DNA of 64,000 nucleotides, taken from NCBI GenBank assembly GCA_008632985.1, contig QPGO01000034.1:62001-126000 (forward strand), given 5' to 3'. Origin of the DNA: Psammoneis japonica. Taxonomy: Eukaryota. How positions within the stretch are numbered: position 1 is the stretch's first letter; the number at the start of each line of letters is the position of its first letter. The position numbers and the translations under genes were made by a program. Positions 40,463 to 54,304 of the stretch are shown here, piece after piece. The notes under the pieces were generated by a model. The model worked only from the letters and a program-made list of their open reading frames with translations, was not told the DNA's origin and made no database searches.

Positions 40463-43400
40463 ATGTCGTCAACGCCGCGGTCTGACTCTCCGACTGCGGC
40501 GGGCGGAATGGAGGCATTTTGGCGGGACGATTTTGCTCCGCTGCAGGCCGCAGGCGATGCGGTGCTCGCTGCGCTCCGTGAAGACGAGGAAGCTCCAGAT
40601 GCCGACCTGTACCGCCGTATCCTTTCGAATGGAGCTGGATCGCACCTGTATTACGCTCCGATAGAGGCCAGCACGTCGTCTTCTTCAGCAGCGAGCACCG
40701 CGTCTCCGGGCACCCGTCCGCGTGTGGCTCCGACCGCTACTCTGAAGCATCTGCATTCCGTCCCGCTGCCGCAGCCCCTGTCGCGTCAGCTGCGAGAGGC
40801 GAAATCCGTCAGCTTGATGGGACTGTTTCCGGAAGCTCATTTGGCATGGATGACCGTCGATGACAGAGTCTTCCTTTGGTCATACGACTCGGCTTCCATT
40901 GGATCGACTCAAGCGGGCGTTGAGGATCTCTGCGATCACCGTATGCAAAGTGGCCAGTCTATCGTCAGCGTTGGTCTTGTAAAGCCGAAGAAAGGTACGA
41001 TTGTTTCGTGTTCTGAACTTGAATACCTTTTATGTTTTTGACTGTTTCGTTAATCTTCTGTACCTCTAAAATCATACCTTACTCCATAGGGGTCTTCAAG
41101 GACGTGGTGGAGTGGTGTCTGGTCGTCACGACAAAGGAGGAAGCTATGCTCTGCGCTCTAGCTCGACCTCAAGTGGTTGGTGAAAGTATGAATGAAAATA
41201 GAGCTACACGCGGCAAAGGAGCATACCGTTTAGTTGCAACGCGGTACATCATTCCTACAGATTCTGTTCCAATGTACTCTGTGTGCGGGACACCAGACGG
41301 AAGAGTTTTCTTGGGTGGCCACGACGGTTCACTCTATGAGCTGGATTATGAAGGCTTTGTCGACAAAGCACAAGAGCAAAAGACCGCTTTGGATAAGGAT
41401 CTGGACGCATTCTACGACGGTGATGGTTCAACTAGTTCAACCGTAGGCACAAACGGACAAAACGGTGTGCTCGACAACATTGTCTCGGGAAGCAAGCGCG
41501 CCTTCTCCGCTGTGATGTCGCCTTCTGATCACTCAGATGGGTACACCAGACCAAACAAAGCTAGAAAGCTGAATCGTTCCCAGCCTGTCGGCTCATTTGC
41601 TAATATGTGGGTTCCTTCCCTCTTTGTCAGGCGTCATCAGCAATTCTCGGTGGTGGCCACAAGTCTACGGGAGGTGGGCCTATTATCCGAATGCTGCTGG
41701 ACGAGGAACGATCGTGTATTTACTCGCTCAGCTCTCGCGGATGGATCTGTGTATTTGATCTTTGTCCCAACTCAAACTCAGCGGACGTCAAACTCATGGC
41801 TGTGCTTGATACAACCAAGACCGCCCGAGCGTATCTGGAGGCTGTGTCTCGGGGAAGGATGTACCCTCCGTCCGTGTCTGGTGCAAACATCACCTTCACC
41901 GGAGATGCAGCGTCAGCCCAAGCCGGTGTAGGCGGAATGGAAGGTGCAAGGTCGATACTTAAGCTTGCGGATGCGGAAGTGCAGCGAGAACGAAGCAGCG
42001 GTCGAACTGGAAAGAATCTAAGAAACGAAGGTGTCCTCACTCCCGCATCAATTCACGTCGTCCCGAGACGAGAAAGTGGGCTCCTGACACTAGTGGCTGT
42101 GACATATGGAGGCTTACGTTACTATCTCTCATCATTATCGCTAACTGGACGAGGACAACAAGTTGCTAGTCGAACGAAAGCTGACCTCCTTGCCCCATCC
42201 AGGAAGTTCACACTTTGCCACGTTCGCGCCCCACCTCCGGTTAGTGAAAATGGTATGATTCAGGACCTTCCATCATTTGATTCAGCAACCAATGACGGTG
42301 TTGGTGGATTTACACCAAAATTGGTAGCTTTTGGAAGGAAGACCGCCAAAGTCGATGCTAGCTACTACGACAACGGTGTCTCGCTTCTTGCACTCGAGTC
42401 AGTCAGCGAACGACGGGACGGGTTCGCTTCTTCTTCATCGACTAGAACTCCGTCAACGTTTTCAAATGGTGATATTGTGATTGCAGCGACCCCTGACTCT
42501 GTCTGGAGGAAAAAAGATAAATCGCCTACTACCACGGGGGCGACAACGTCAACAAGCCAAGCGGTCCTCAGTGCCCCCGGCGGGATCTCGGAGACGCTCC
42601 ATAAGCCAATTACTACACTGTCAGACTTGTCGAATGAATCGCCACAGAGACTTCCGGGCGGGCGGGTCTGGGCCATCAGTTCAAGCATTGTACCTGATAG
42701 CCCTTCGCTGCTGTTGACGTTGAGTTCGCGAACTCCCTCCGACAGTGAGCTTGGTGTCGGTTTAGTCCCGGCCTACTTTCCACCGTCACGGGTTGGATCT
42801 CGCGCCGGAGAATCGTCGAATTCCTCTAGCAACAGACAGTCTTTGTCACGCAGTGTTGTGGAGTCTAGGAACCAGTCAAGCGCTTTGGTGGTTTCAAACG
42901 GAATTAACTTCTCAGCCCACAATCTCGGCATGATCGTTGCAAATTTCTTTCTGTCGCGTCCCATCCATGAAGGCTTGACAACTCAGAGGCTATCAACAGG
43001 TGGTGGCACTGCTGGGTCGAGAGGGCAGCCGTCTTACCGAATTTCGGCATGCTATGGCCACCGGGGAATAAACGTGCGGGGCAGAGCCAAAGACGCACCT
43101 AAGACAGTTTCTCGCTCATCCCGCGAGCCGTCTGGTTCTACTTCAAAAGCCGCTCGACTCAGCCCGTGGCTTCTGCGACCAGCTGTCGTGCCCTTGGATC
43201 CCATATCAGTACAACACGTCACCCCCTCAAAACGTATTGTTGCGTTGAATACAGGTGGACTCCACTATTTCCAGTATTCAACGATCCTTTCGAATCTCAC
43301 AGACGCAATTCTTTCGTCTGGGGCAAACATTGGGCACGACGAAAATATTACGCACTTCTTCAAGAGCTACGGTTACAAACAAGGGTGTGCTATGTGCTTG

Positions 43401-46400
43401 AGTTTGGCCGTTGGTTGCGGTCCAGCTGCCGGAACCTATGGAGAGGACCTGAAGAGGAAGGCCTTGCAGGCAGCCTTAAACCGAGGGTTGGTGCCAAGAC
43501 TTACTACTTCTGACAACACAGGCACAAGCATGACACTGGGAGAAAGACCGAGTTCAGATAGAGCGGTTCCCCAGGGCTACGAATTTCGTCCCTCGGCATT
43601 GGTTGGCGGCTTAACTTCTTTGTTCTCACGCCTGTTGCGCCCTATTTGGTATAAGCCGGTTGTTGTTGTCACGGAAGGACGGCCAATCGGAAAACGAGGC
43701 AACGATACCAGGACTAGCCCTGCAAGAGTCAAACTTCTGCTTGACGACATTGCGCTGGAAGAGGTTCGAAGGCCGTTGTTCGCTATGCAATCTCTGATGA
43801 AGAACGCGTTTTCTCCTGCCGTGAGCGTGGTTCCAGGAGTCCAGCGTCCCAACAGAGACGAAATGGAAGTGGAAAATGAAAACGCAAATGGTGGATACGA
43901 TCTTTTAACCAGGACTATGCAGCATCAAGGATTTGTCCGAAGTCAAATGAATGGAGCGTCTGGCTCTCAAGCTACTTTGACGTCAGCGGAAATGGACACG
44001 ATTGCCAGATTGGTTGAAGAGAGAAACTTGCATTCTCTTTATCGCCTACTTGCTCGGACAATCCAACTCCTAAACTTGCTCTCTCTGCTGAAACGGGCTC
44101 AGCTATTGACAGACTTGCCTGAAGTCGAATGGGGACTTGTGCATGGGCTCACGACATCTCAACTTGTGCAGACACGGAACGGGCAAGAACGTATTGAAAA
44201 CTTGCTGAATTCTCTGGTCACAAGTACTGCCAACACTGTCGCTGGTGTCGCTACTACGCCGTCTGCGGATTCTGATCTTCTTGCAAACCTTTTCGCATCT
44301 CAGTGCTATCTATACTTCTCTCCTGGATCCCGCCTAGCATATTTGGGATTTCGCGCGGCAAACGCAGCGCTGTCTTGTCCATCACCCTCTGCTCGTCGTG
44401 TGGCCCTTAGATCACAGGCACGTGAATTTCTAAAGCGTGCGGCTCGATACTGGTACAACCCCCAGTTGATCACGGGAAGGATGCTTCATTCGCAAGATTC
44501 GAAAAGCTATGACCAGATGGCACTTCGAGCCATGCAATTTGACAGCCCCGTGGCGAAAGCTGCTTTTGCACTGGCGCAGTTGGAGGAAGTTGTTGGCATT
44601 GTTGACGTTTGTCTGGAAACGGCGTCAAATTTTGGTGGACGTCGTTTCTTGCAGGGCCCGGAAGACGCCAGTGTTCCAGATGATGCAAAATCTCCCGAGA
44701 TGATGTGGTGGGAACACGGTCTTTACCACCGACGACGCGCGGAATCTGGTCAGAGCTCGACGACGGGAACTCCGTCGTCCACATCCGCTGTCGGGGCGGA
44801 CGTTACCGCTAAAGATGCCGTCCGAACGTGTCATGCCATCATTTTTCACCATTTATCGACCTTCTTGAACTCTCAGAATATCCAACTGGCTGAGAGCATG
44901 GTTTCATCCTGTGCTGCCTCCTCCGACAAAGAATTCCTTCATTCTCTGTATGAGCACCTGCTGAATACGAACCATGTGGCCACACTTTTGAAGATCAACA
45001 GCATCGAAGTTGAGAAGTGGCTCCAGACTTCCGTTGGCGACCCTAGTATGTTGTGGCGCTACTACACCGTCCAAAGGAAGAACGTTCAGGCAGGCGAAGT
45101 AATGTGGAGGCAGGCTCGTGATACCGACAAGAAAGCTTCTCTGGAAGAGCGCATAGAATTCTTGGCAAAAGCGCAAACTTCGTTCAAGTCTGCGCTGGCG
45201 CAAAACGGGTCATCTGGGATGGGGTGGGATCGTTCAGCTTCATTCAACCAGCCACACCATGAAGAATTGCGAGGACTTGACACGAAAGTGTGTGAAACTT
45301 TGGAAGTGGCGGTGCTACAGGACCGGATCTTGAAAACGGTCACAGGCTCAAGTAAGAGAGAAAAACTGACGGATGATCAATATTCAAGATTGAGCTCTAC
45401 CCTGGTTCCAGTTTCTGAGCTTTTCAATGAGTTTGCGGCTCCTCTTAGCCTGTACGACCTTTGCCTTTTGATCTTGCATTCATGCCATCACAATGACGCA
45501 AAGACGATCGAGAATTTGTGGAGGAGCATCCTTTGCGAGGAGCTTCTCCCGTGCACGACTCGCAACCCGGCGGCCTACAAGTTTCTTCAGAATCTAATGT
45601 CTGAATCTATGGTAGACGAGAGCATTTTTCTGGTATCTCAAGACAGTGATGGCGACACCAGGGCGCCGTTGTTTGAGAACGGGGACTGGATGAAACCTTT
45701 GATCGAACGAGTTACTTCTTTGGGTAAAGAGGTTTACGGAAAGGGAGCCGACTTTGCATTTCCTGTAGAAGCAGTCGCCACGAACTTGGAAGGTGAGTTG
45801 CCCTGTACGACCATATTCCCGTTGAGACGCGGATTGACCTATTTTCGTTATCTCACGCCTCCTCGTTACACGATTACAAGGATTACGCCAGGTGGGCCCT
45901 TCGTCGCAGCGCTGGCCACTTGAAATCCTAGCTGATGTCGGTGTGCCTTATTTCGTCATTTTGGACGCCTATGAGAGTATGGCAAATAAGGCAGACAAGG
46001 AGCTTATGGGCGGGATCGACGTCCAGAGACGGTAGGTTCCGTTTCGCGTCGTTCAGAGATTCATCCGTTGTTGTCCATGCTTCCGCCTCACAGTTTTGTT
46101 CATATATTGTCATATAATCGCCACGAAATATACGAGTAGGATGCAATATTTATCCAGCATAATCGAGGTGCTCCAAGAATGGGTTCGTGCAGCAGAAGCA
46201 TTGAGAAACGGGAGTGGTGAACACAAAAGTGCTCTAGTGGAGGTATGTTAAAGGGTTATTGATCATTGCGCAATCCTTTTTTCAAACAATTTCATACTAA
46301 CTCGGTTTCATGCTACTATATCCACCCCTTTCTTCATTGTCAGTTCTCACGTACGGCTATGTTGGCGTCCACTATCGACGACTACAAAACGGAGCTGGAA

Positions 46401-46490
46401 GGAATGATCGGGGACAGGGATTCAGGATTAGTGTCAAGAATGCTGCAGACACTTGACGAAATCAGTAGTGTGCTTGCTCGGATCGTCTGA
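40463..46490 (+). CDS. NUP155: Nucleoporin Nup155/Nup170-like, multi-exon; apparent 1-nt deletion near 41630
   Basis: MGLFPEAHLAWMTVDDRVFLW, VGLVKPKKG, GRVFLGGHDGSLYELDY, SLEERIEFLAKA, SELFNEFAAPLSL. Confidence 0.9.
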
Positions 46491-46682
46491 CGCAAGGGAA
46501 TTGGTACTTGTAGGACAATTTGAATTCACTTGAGGGAGGGAGATTGTGGGAGTCTTTCTGGCCTGTAAATGAAATAGTATTTGGAAGTCTCAATCGTGCA
46601 AATGTTTGTAAGGATGTAAACAAATCTGTAAGATCCTGGAGTCTCTATGGTTTAAAATCTGTATTACTCCAATGTGAACCAG

Positions 46683-47491
46683 TTAGGACAGTATGCACTG
46701 ATCGTCAGCGTTGAAACTGCCGCTGGAAGGGCAAGTCTTGAGCTTGCCAATTCTAAACTTCTTCCAGACTCTCTTTCCATTCTTAGAGTGAAAGTTAAAA
46801 TCTTCTGTACAGTCGCAAGAACCACCTGACTTTCTTAGAATACTCCGACTGCCTCCCGGATGCAGTGAGAGATATTCTGTTGCATCATAAATCGTGTCCC
46901 CGCAAACGAGCCACGCTGACTCGGGCGTACAGTGTCTCTTGACTTGACACATGGTAAACTCGTCTTCTCTTTGTTCGTCGTGGCGACAAAGAGGGAACAT
47001 CTTGGTCTCCCTCTGCCTCCTTGACATCGATAATCGTTTCAGCTTTGATCGACAGCTTGTGCATTCGGGTTCGCCGCAAGTGTCATTGCAGCATGGGCAC
47101 GCGTCGCACCCAGCTATCGGTGAGCCGACCATTGATGAGTCTTCGCTATCAGATACTTCAGATCCTGCTCTGTCGACATCGTGGAGATGCCCTTTCAAAC
47201 CTTCTATTATTTGGTGACACATGAACTCTCTATGTTTTCAAACCCGCTTATCGACTTCACGACTGGTTGAATAATGACTTCACGACGTGGAGGTGTTGGG
47301 TGTCGGAATTTTCGGTTTTGAGTTGAATAATGGCGTTGCGGTGAAGTTACCGGTAACTGTAGTCGTGGTGTTCCTGCGTGGCTGGGAATGCATGCATGCA
47401 TGAAGTTTCGTGTCAGCGAGTGTTCGACAGGTGATGGCACGCAGTTGCGCGTGCCGGAAGGCGGCGCAAGGGTATGTTCTATATCAAGCAT
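46683..47491 (-). CDS. Cytochrome b5-like heme-binding domain protein (5' part joined via probable frameshift near 47209; start uncertain)
   Basis: FTMCQVKRHCTPESAWLV..IYDATEYLSLHPGG..DCTEDFNFHS. Confidence 0.8.
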
Positions 47492-47822
47492 TTAAGATAC
47501 ATATGTTGAAATTCCGTCGGAGAAACGTCATCTGGTACTTATCGTGACGCAATATGCGAATTGCAAAATGGCTTGCCGGCGTGAAGCCACGGGTTCTGTA
47601 CTGTAGTTCAACACACAGACGGCCACGCAGACAAGAACACGCGCGAACAGAACACAGCCACGTCGTAATTTGGCGCGCGGTTGTTGTTGTGGCCACTGGC
47701 CATCAGTGGCCACGTTGATTGAAGGACGCATGACTGAAGATCGGCGATGCGTTGCGACTTACGGCCCTGTCTCTAGTCCAGGTAAAGAGCTAACGGTACT
47801 GTAAAAGAAGGATGGATATGTG

Positions 47823-49516
47823 ATGGAAGAGCACAAGACGACGCGTCTCTTGCTTCCAAGGCATCCATGGAGAATTAGTTTGTTTTCCTTGTGTTGGGTG
47901 GCTTTTCCGGTACTTGTATCGAGTTGGATTCTAAATCAAAATCACGAGAGAATAAGCAGATCGTCGTTTTTGACAACACCGGCAGGTGCGCTATCTTTCG
48001 GGCAAGGACATGTCCACGGTTTGCTACGTGCTTCTATAAGTGGTTTAAATACTCCTCTGATTGAAGCTATTGCTGCTTCGGGAATTGATGACCAAGAGCT
48101 AGATGATGTTGTACAAGCTATTGGTGGTGTGTGTCACGAGTTTGGATACGATTGTTCTGCAGATCCTCGTTATAGAACAAGAGTACCATGCTCTCCCCAT
48201 TCCGTTAGTGGTGCCACTGGTCGCGTCATATTACTAAAGACGTCGCTGGCTGAAGACTTTATCTTTGATCTTCAATGCGCCATTTCTGAGCAGATGGACC
48301 AGCTGTTGTACTCTGATAATCCTGCGATAAAGCAACCCGTTCTGGTTTCAATTCGAAAAGACATTGGGTTGATCACAGGCGACAATTTCAATGAGGCTTT
48401 GGCGACAATCGTTGAAGAGGAAGTAAACGAATACGACATGCTCCTTCCCGTTGCAGAGGGCCGAGTGTCAGATGAACCTACCGGCATGTGCGCACCCACG
48501 TTGCACGTTGAATTGGACGGCGGGCACGTCGAGAATCCTTCAAATTCGACTACAATCTGGGACACGAGCACTTTACTCGTGTTTGACGATCTAGTTAGTG
48601 ACGACCTTCGAGCCCGACTCCTGGACATAGTCTTGGGGAAAATAAACGTGAATCCAGACTTGCCACTGTGGGACGATGCGAAAAATGGGCCAGATCCACG
48701 GAGATGGGTACGTGTTTCTGTGAATGCTGAAGCCAGCCGCCACAATACAAATTTTCTATTTGCTGCACTCAACATTGGATATGGCATTGAACTCGGTCTT
48801 GCTCTGCTTGGCCACTTTCTCAGGTACGAGGAGGGCTACTGGATATGCCTGAATCACACAACAGCGACAGCATGAAGGATGACGAGGGCGAAGGAACGTG
48901 TTGGGGACTGAAAGACGAAGGAATCGTTGACTTGTGCTTTCATCAACATGCAGCCGTTCAAGAGTTTGAGTCGATTTTGACTTTGTTGTTTCCCAATTTT
49001 GTGGTTTGCCGACTTCCGGAAGCTGTCTTTGGTTCTTCCGTGTCACCTTTGACAGCAAATGCACCGACATGCGGCGATCTCTTCAACTACCACATTGATG
49101 GCGATCCAAATCTCACTCCCCCGTCACCATGGACAGATGTTTTTGGTAGATATCCGAATCGTATGAAAGGGAAACCGCGTTTCATGAGCTGCCTAATATA
49201 TTTGAATGAGGAGTGGCACGGGGAACAATGGGGGGCTCCTACGCGGTTCTTGGACATCCCCACAAATTCTCATTACGATGTTTTGCCGCGACCCGGTCGT
49301 TGCGTCATGATGGATCAAGATATAAGTCACACCGTGGTACCACCCACAACGAGCGCTGGGAAACGCCCTCGCTACTCTTTGGTTTGGAAGCTGGTGTTGC
49401 ACCCGAAAAGGAGAGACCAGGACATGACAATCCGTGCTGGAAGCACAAGCAGGGTGTCGCATTGGCCTGAAATCACATCGTTTGGGAGTGCCACACGTGA
49501 TGAAAATCTGGGTTAA
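47823..49516 (+). CDS. 2OG-Fe(II) oxygenase (prolyl 4-hydroxylase-like), one intron (~48708-48823)
   Basis: HIDGD, MSCLIYLNEEW, GAPTRF, DQDISHTV, RYSLVWK. Confidence 0.82.
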
Positions 49517-49871
49517 GAGAAGCATTACGCAAAAGAGTCTGTCTAGAGCGGGTCCGAGTGTGCCGATGTAGTCTAGAGGGTGCAATCGCCGTCTATGAGA
49601 AGCGACAGCATCTCCTTTGGCTGCACGGAGATTTTCACTGTTCATTGAGGCTTCAAAAGTGAATTGCACGCTACAAAGCGTTCCGAGTATTTGGTTGGCG
49701 TCGTAAAACAGGCTTAGTCTCACGGGCGATGCCAATCCCAGACTCGTCATTATCAACCGACAATCGGGAGTATCAATGCAATCTTGACATTGCACTGGGT
49801 ATAAGAGTCTCAAAGAAATCGGCGTAACCATTAATCACACTATAGATAATTAGAATTCGGATGCAGCAATA

Positions 49872-51179
49872 TTAGGATGACTCCCCACCAGTTCCCTTTT
49901 CTTTGTCCTTTGCTTCGGTTGTCCCCATCACCTCGGCCGGTTTCGCATTCTTCTTCTTGTAGTATTCCTCCATTGCCAGCTTCTGTCTCTTTGTATCCTC
50001 TTCTGCAAGCTTCTGATAATAGCTGAGTTTCTCCGATGGAAGAGATCGCCAGCGTTGGCCAACCATCTGCGCCAGGCTTTTAAATCCGATTTTGCCATGC
50101 GTCTTGCGATGTGGACGCCTCTTGCTGTTGTCCCGTACTAATGGTCTCTTGAGAGCTCTACATTCAACTGCACCGGTTGCATTTGCCGACAGTTGGTCGT
50201 CTTCTTTGCCTTCGTCGTTGCTGGGAGCAGAATCTTTCTTCTTTTCACCGTCAGATCCTGTTCCGTCACCTGGGTCTGTCTTGTCCGCTTCGTCAGACAT
50301 TTCTCTAAGGATACGTTCCCGTTCCTCCGAGAAGAAAAGGTTATATGCACTGAGAGGACGCCGTGGCATATCGGCTGGCTTCTTCTTTGGGGCCTTCTTC
50401 TGTTTCTTCTTGTCTTTCGGTTGAGTTTCTTCTTCTTCGGTGCGGGATGCAACGTTGTCTCGATCTCGCTTGAGGTCCCGATTTCCCGATGCAACTGAGG
50501 ATTGACCCACGCCCAGGGATGGGAAGGAGCCCATCATACTTCTAGACATGTTATGTTCAGCATGGTACCGAAGCTGCTCACGCGACAGAGCTGAGGCTCC
50601 CCCAAGGGAAAACGGCGGTCCTAAGACTCCTGCATGCGTCTGACCATAAATACCGCTCCCTGCCTGAAGCGGAGGTCGAAAGGAAGTAAGAGCTCCTTGT
50701 CGCGCACGCAGCCGATAAAGTGTTTCGTCATCGAGATCAGTTATTGGTGTGGTTCTCAACAAATCATTTAAGAGCTGCTGTCTGTTGGAAGCCTGGACTC
50801 GAGAAAGCAGCAACCTCGTCAGGAGCTCATCTTCAGAAGGACCGAGAGCAGCTGAGGAATGGGCCAAAGCATTCATGTAGGGAGAACCACCTACAGACGT
50901 AATTTGAGCCACACGTGACGGGAAGTCCATATTTCTACTGAGCAGAGCGTCGGTGTTTTCACCCTGATTGGGCATTTGAGCTGCTTGGGATCGCTGAAGC
51001 AAACCGCGTTCGTTGGACGAGTCCGTCCCTTGCTGTGCATCGCCACCGGTACTGTGCTCATGTGGCAGCGATTGTTGTTGACTGCTTGTCAACGATAGCA
51101 AGTGAAGGAGATGTTCACGTCGAAAGGAGTCTTCCGCTCGTTCATCTCCGCCGGAGGCAGATTCAGTTTTGTTCTCCAT
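49872..51179 (-). CDS. HMG-box protein (diatom type with split box)
   Basis: MPRRPLSAYNLFFSEERERI ... RPHRKTHGKIGFKSLAQMVGQRWRSL..YYQKLAEED. Confidence 0.9.
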   Translation of the reverse strand: MENKTESASGGDERAEDSFRREHLLHLLSLTSSQQQSLPHEHSTGGDAQQGTDSSNERGLLQRSQAAQMPNQGENTDALLSRNMDFPSRVAQITSVGGSPYMNALAHSSAALGPSEDELLTRLLLSRVQASNRQQLLNDLLRTTPITDLDDETLYRLRARQGALTSFRPPLQAGSGIYGQTHAGVLGPPFSLGGASALSREQLRYHAEHNMSRSMMGSFPSLGVGQSSVASGNRDLKRDRDNVASRTEEEETQPKDKKKQKKAPKKKPADMPRRPLSAYNLFFSEERERILREMSDEADKTDPGDGTGSDGEKKKDSAPSNDEGKEDDQLSANATGAVECRALKRPLVRDNSKRRPHRKTHGKIGFKSLAQMVGQRWRSLPSEKLSYYQKLAEEDTKRQKLAMEEYYKKKNAKPAEVMGTTEAKDKEKGTGGESS

Positions 51180-51841
51180 TGCTATTTTCGATCTTCCTTC
51201 GGCGACCAACACGTACTTAGGGCCAGCTTAGGCTTACTACTTCGATCGACAGCAAGATCAGAACGCTAAAAGGCGCAGGCGGGGTCAAAAGCACCGATGT
51301 CACTGCATGCACCGACCGCCACCGTTAGTTTGAACGCGTGTGTTTCGATGATTTTTAGTCCTCCACCAACAGACACCCGCGCTTGTTAAATAGTTGCAAT
51401 TGCCCGCTTGAGGGCTATTATAGAGCAGACACACTGACACGTTAGAGTGACAGCAGATCTCACACGAACATATAAGTAAGATTACCGTTAAATAGAGCTA
51501 TCTAGACCATTGACCGCTATCATTGGGCATAAGCTAACACCACGAAAGGGCAATTGACAAGACTGATGCAAAGCACCATCAAGGTACAGTACAGTTAGTA
51601 ACGGACAGAGGAGAAAAAATATGCTTTCATACATCACTGGATTATCAATTTTGATTGCAACACGTCTAAGACAACGAGAGCAATGACGAAATGAATTACT
51701 TCATGATTTAATACATTCATTTGCTTCTGATTTCATACATGCAACCAACACTCATTGCCCGAACCTGCCACGCACGCACTCACCTTTTTCAAATTCTCTT
51801 GTTCTTCCAATGTGACATGGTGCTCAAGAGATGATGCATTG

Positions 51842-51843
51842 GA

Positions 51844-51875
<32 letters not shown>

Positions 51876-51876
51876 A
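51842..51876. repeat. (GAAA)8 microsatellite at the edge of block 3
   Basis: Directly visible. Confidence 0.95.
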
Positions 51877-53205
51877 GGGATGAATGATGGGATCAATCAA
51901 TCAATTTTCTCTTCTGGGAAGGACGGGGAAGCAAGCTGCCATTTTGCCACTGCTTTGCACACAAAAAAAGCGGCCAGTGGAGGGGGTGAGCATGTGGTGT
52001 GCACAGTGCTGCAATTGATGACCTGGTCAAAAACCTGGAATTTCAACTGAGCAACTTCTTCCTGCAGAGCTGCTGTCCCCAATTGTCCCCTCCTGTGCTG
52101 ACATTGAGTGAACTCCACCAAGCAACTCTGCACAGCAGCTTCCTCTCAGGAGCGGCCAAAAAAAACGCAAAATGATGCCAAAGAAAGTTGTCCCCACACT
52201 CAACATTTCAGCACTTTCCAAAAAACTTCTGCACACACACCCTGCATGATTGGCAAAAGAAAGAAGACAAGGGAAACAATCTGTGAGAAAAAGAGCCATG
52301 AGCCGCAACCACTTGGCTCACAGCCTGTGTGTGCGGTGCGTGGTCTTTTGTTCTCTTGTTGAGATGACATCACACACCAGGGGCACACATGAGCAGCAAA
52401 GTCCAGGGATTCCCAAGTGCAGAGCATCATCCAAGGCAAAGCTGCTGAACCAGACCAGATGAGGTGCACTCATCTTGCACTGCAGCAAACTTCTTCTGTG
52501 TGGGGCAAGCAACAACCACTCAGCTTGAACAACCCAACCCCAAAGAAGGTTTTGTTTAATGTTGGTTCACCACATCTGAAATTTGCATGCTTGCATTTTT
52601 TGGCTTTTGGCAAACATTGGATGTCACAACAATCTGCCAAAAAACATGACAAGAGTGCATGTCTCCAGCCTCAAAGGTGCACACATCATCACAAAAAGAA
52701 CAGTGTCACAGTTGCTGTTTGGCATTGTTCTCATGACACGTGGGTCAATGCTGACTTCTGCATGTGTGTCTGGTCCATGCACACAAACACTCCACACACA
52801 ATGTCAGCCACAATGCAGCACACCACTGTTGCTGCTCTGCAGCACCCTCTTTGCCTTTGCAGTTGCATGGAGCCATGTCCATTGTTTTCATTTGAAACCT
52901 GTCTCATTGTCATTGCAAGACAGCTGCAGCTCCACACAGTTGTTTTCATTGCAGACAACCCAATCTCTTTGCGTTTCATCATTTTTTGTACTTTTGTGCT
53001 GTCAATTTTGCACATTGTCATTCATGTGAGAGACACTGTGCATGTTGTTTTTTGGATGCTTTGCACATGTCATTTTTTGGTTGCTTTGCGCATGTTGTTT
53101 TTTGGTTGCTTTGATTGTTCATTCAAAATTTCTGCCAAACTCCTGTTTGCCCATTTGTTTCCAATGAGAGTTGGTGCCATCTTGAACAACAACTTGTTTG
53201 TTGAT

Positions 53206-53540
53206 TGCTGTGGTGCTTGACATTTTGCACTTGTCATCTGGAGCTGCCTTCTTAGAGGCTGCCTCTGTTCATCCATTTCAAACTTGCACAGCTGATGTTA
53301 GCCCCCTCTGTGGAGTGCATTTGTCAGACAAACACAAGCATGCAATCAATGCACTGGAGGATGCATTCCTGTTTTGATTTGTTTGCTGTGATGCTCAGTG
53401 TTTTGTGTTTGTCATCTGGAGCTGCCTCAGAGGATTCCTCCTTTTTGTCCATTTCAATTTTGCAGCAGCTGGCATTGGATCCCTCTTTGGAGTGCATTTG
53501 TCACACAAACACAAGTGCACAATTAGCGCAGCTGCAATGG
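53206..53540. repeat. Diverged tandem duplication, period ~178 bp
   Basis: tgctgtg.tgct..ttgtcatctggagctgcct..tccatttcaa..ggagtgcatttgtca.acaaacacaag starting at ~53206 and ~53384. Confidence 0.85.
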
Positions 53541-54304
53541 GCACATTCTTGGCTGCTGCAGCTGCTAAGAAAAAACCGGGACCAGTGGAGTTTTCCACAG
53601 GTGGGGGCACTCCTCAAAAAAAAACATTTTTGGCCAGCATCAAGGGTGTCTCCTCAAGTCAAGAGGCTCATCTGCTCAATGAACAAACATCATTCAAAGA
53701 AGGGCAACCCCAAAACTTGGCACAAGCAATGTCTCAAAACTGCAATTGACCCCAGGATGTCCCCACAACAAGGTCTTGTGTGGTTGAGCCAGTTGACCAC
53801 AGAAGATCCTGAAACCCAGAAGGCTGGTCTTCTGTTTCACCTTGTTCATCCCAAAAATGGCATGGACAGCTCAAATCTGTCCAATGACAAAACAACTCCA
53901 CAAGATTGTTGCCACCAGTTGGTTCAATGAAAATTTTGAGAGTGAGAGTTAACAGCAAGTTGCAAAATGTCCAGGCAACAAGAGCAACAATCTGTTGATG
54001 TTGGCACTGGTGCCACCGGGAATGTTGTTTTTGGATGCCATGAAGAACTGTCTTGCTGCTGTTGTGTTGTGCCATTTCAACAGGGGAGTCGGCATGCTTG
54101 TTGATTGCACCCATGTGAAAAACTCTTTCTTTGTCAATTGGTGGGGCACAGGTGATGATGAATGAATGATGCATTCCTTGAGCCACCCAGCTGCAGTGTT
54201 TGTTCTTTTTGATTGGACTTGTTCAAGCCACTTCTTTTGGCATGAACAACAATTGGGGCACATGTCTTCATTGTCAGAAGGAGCTGTTGTCGTGTTGCAA
54301 TTGA

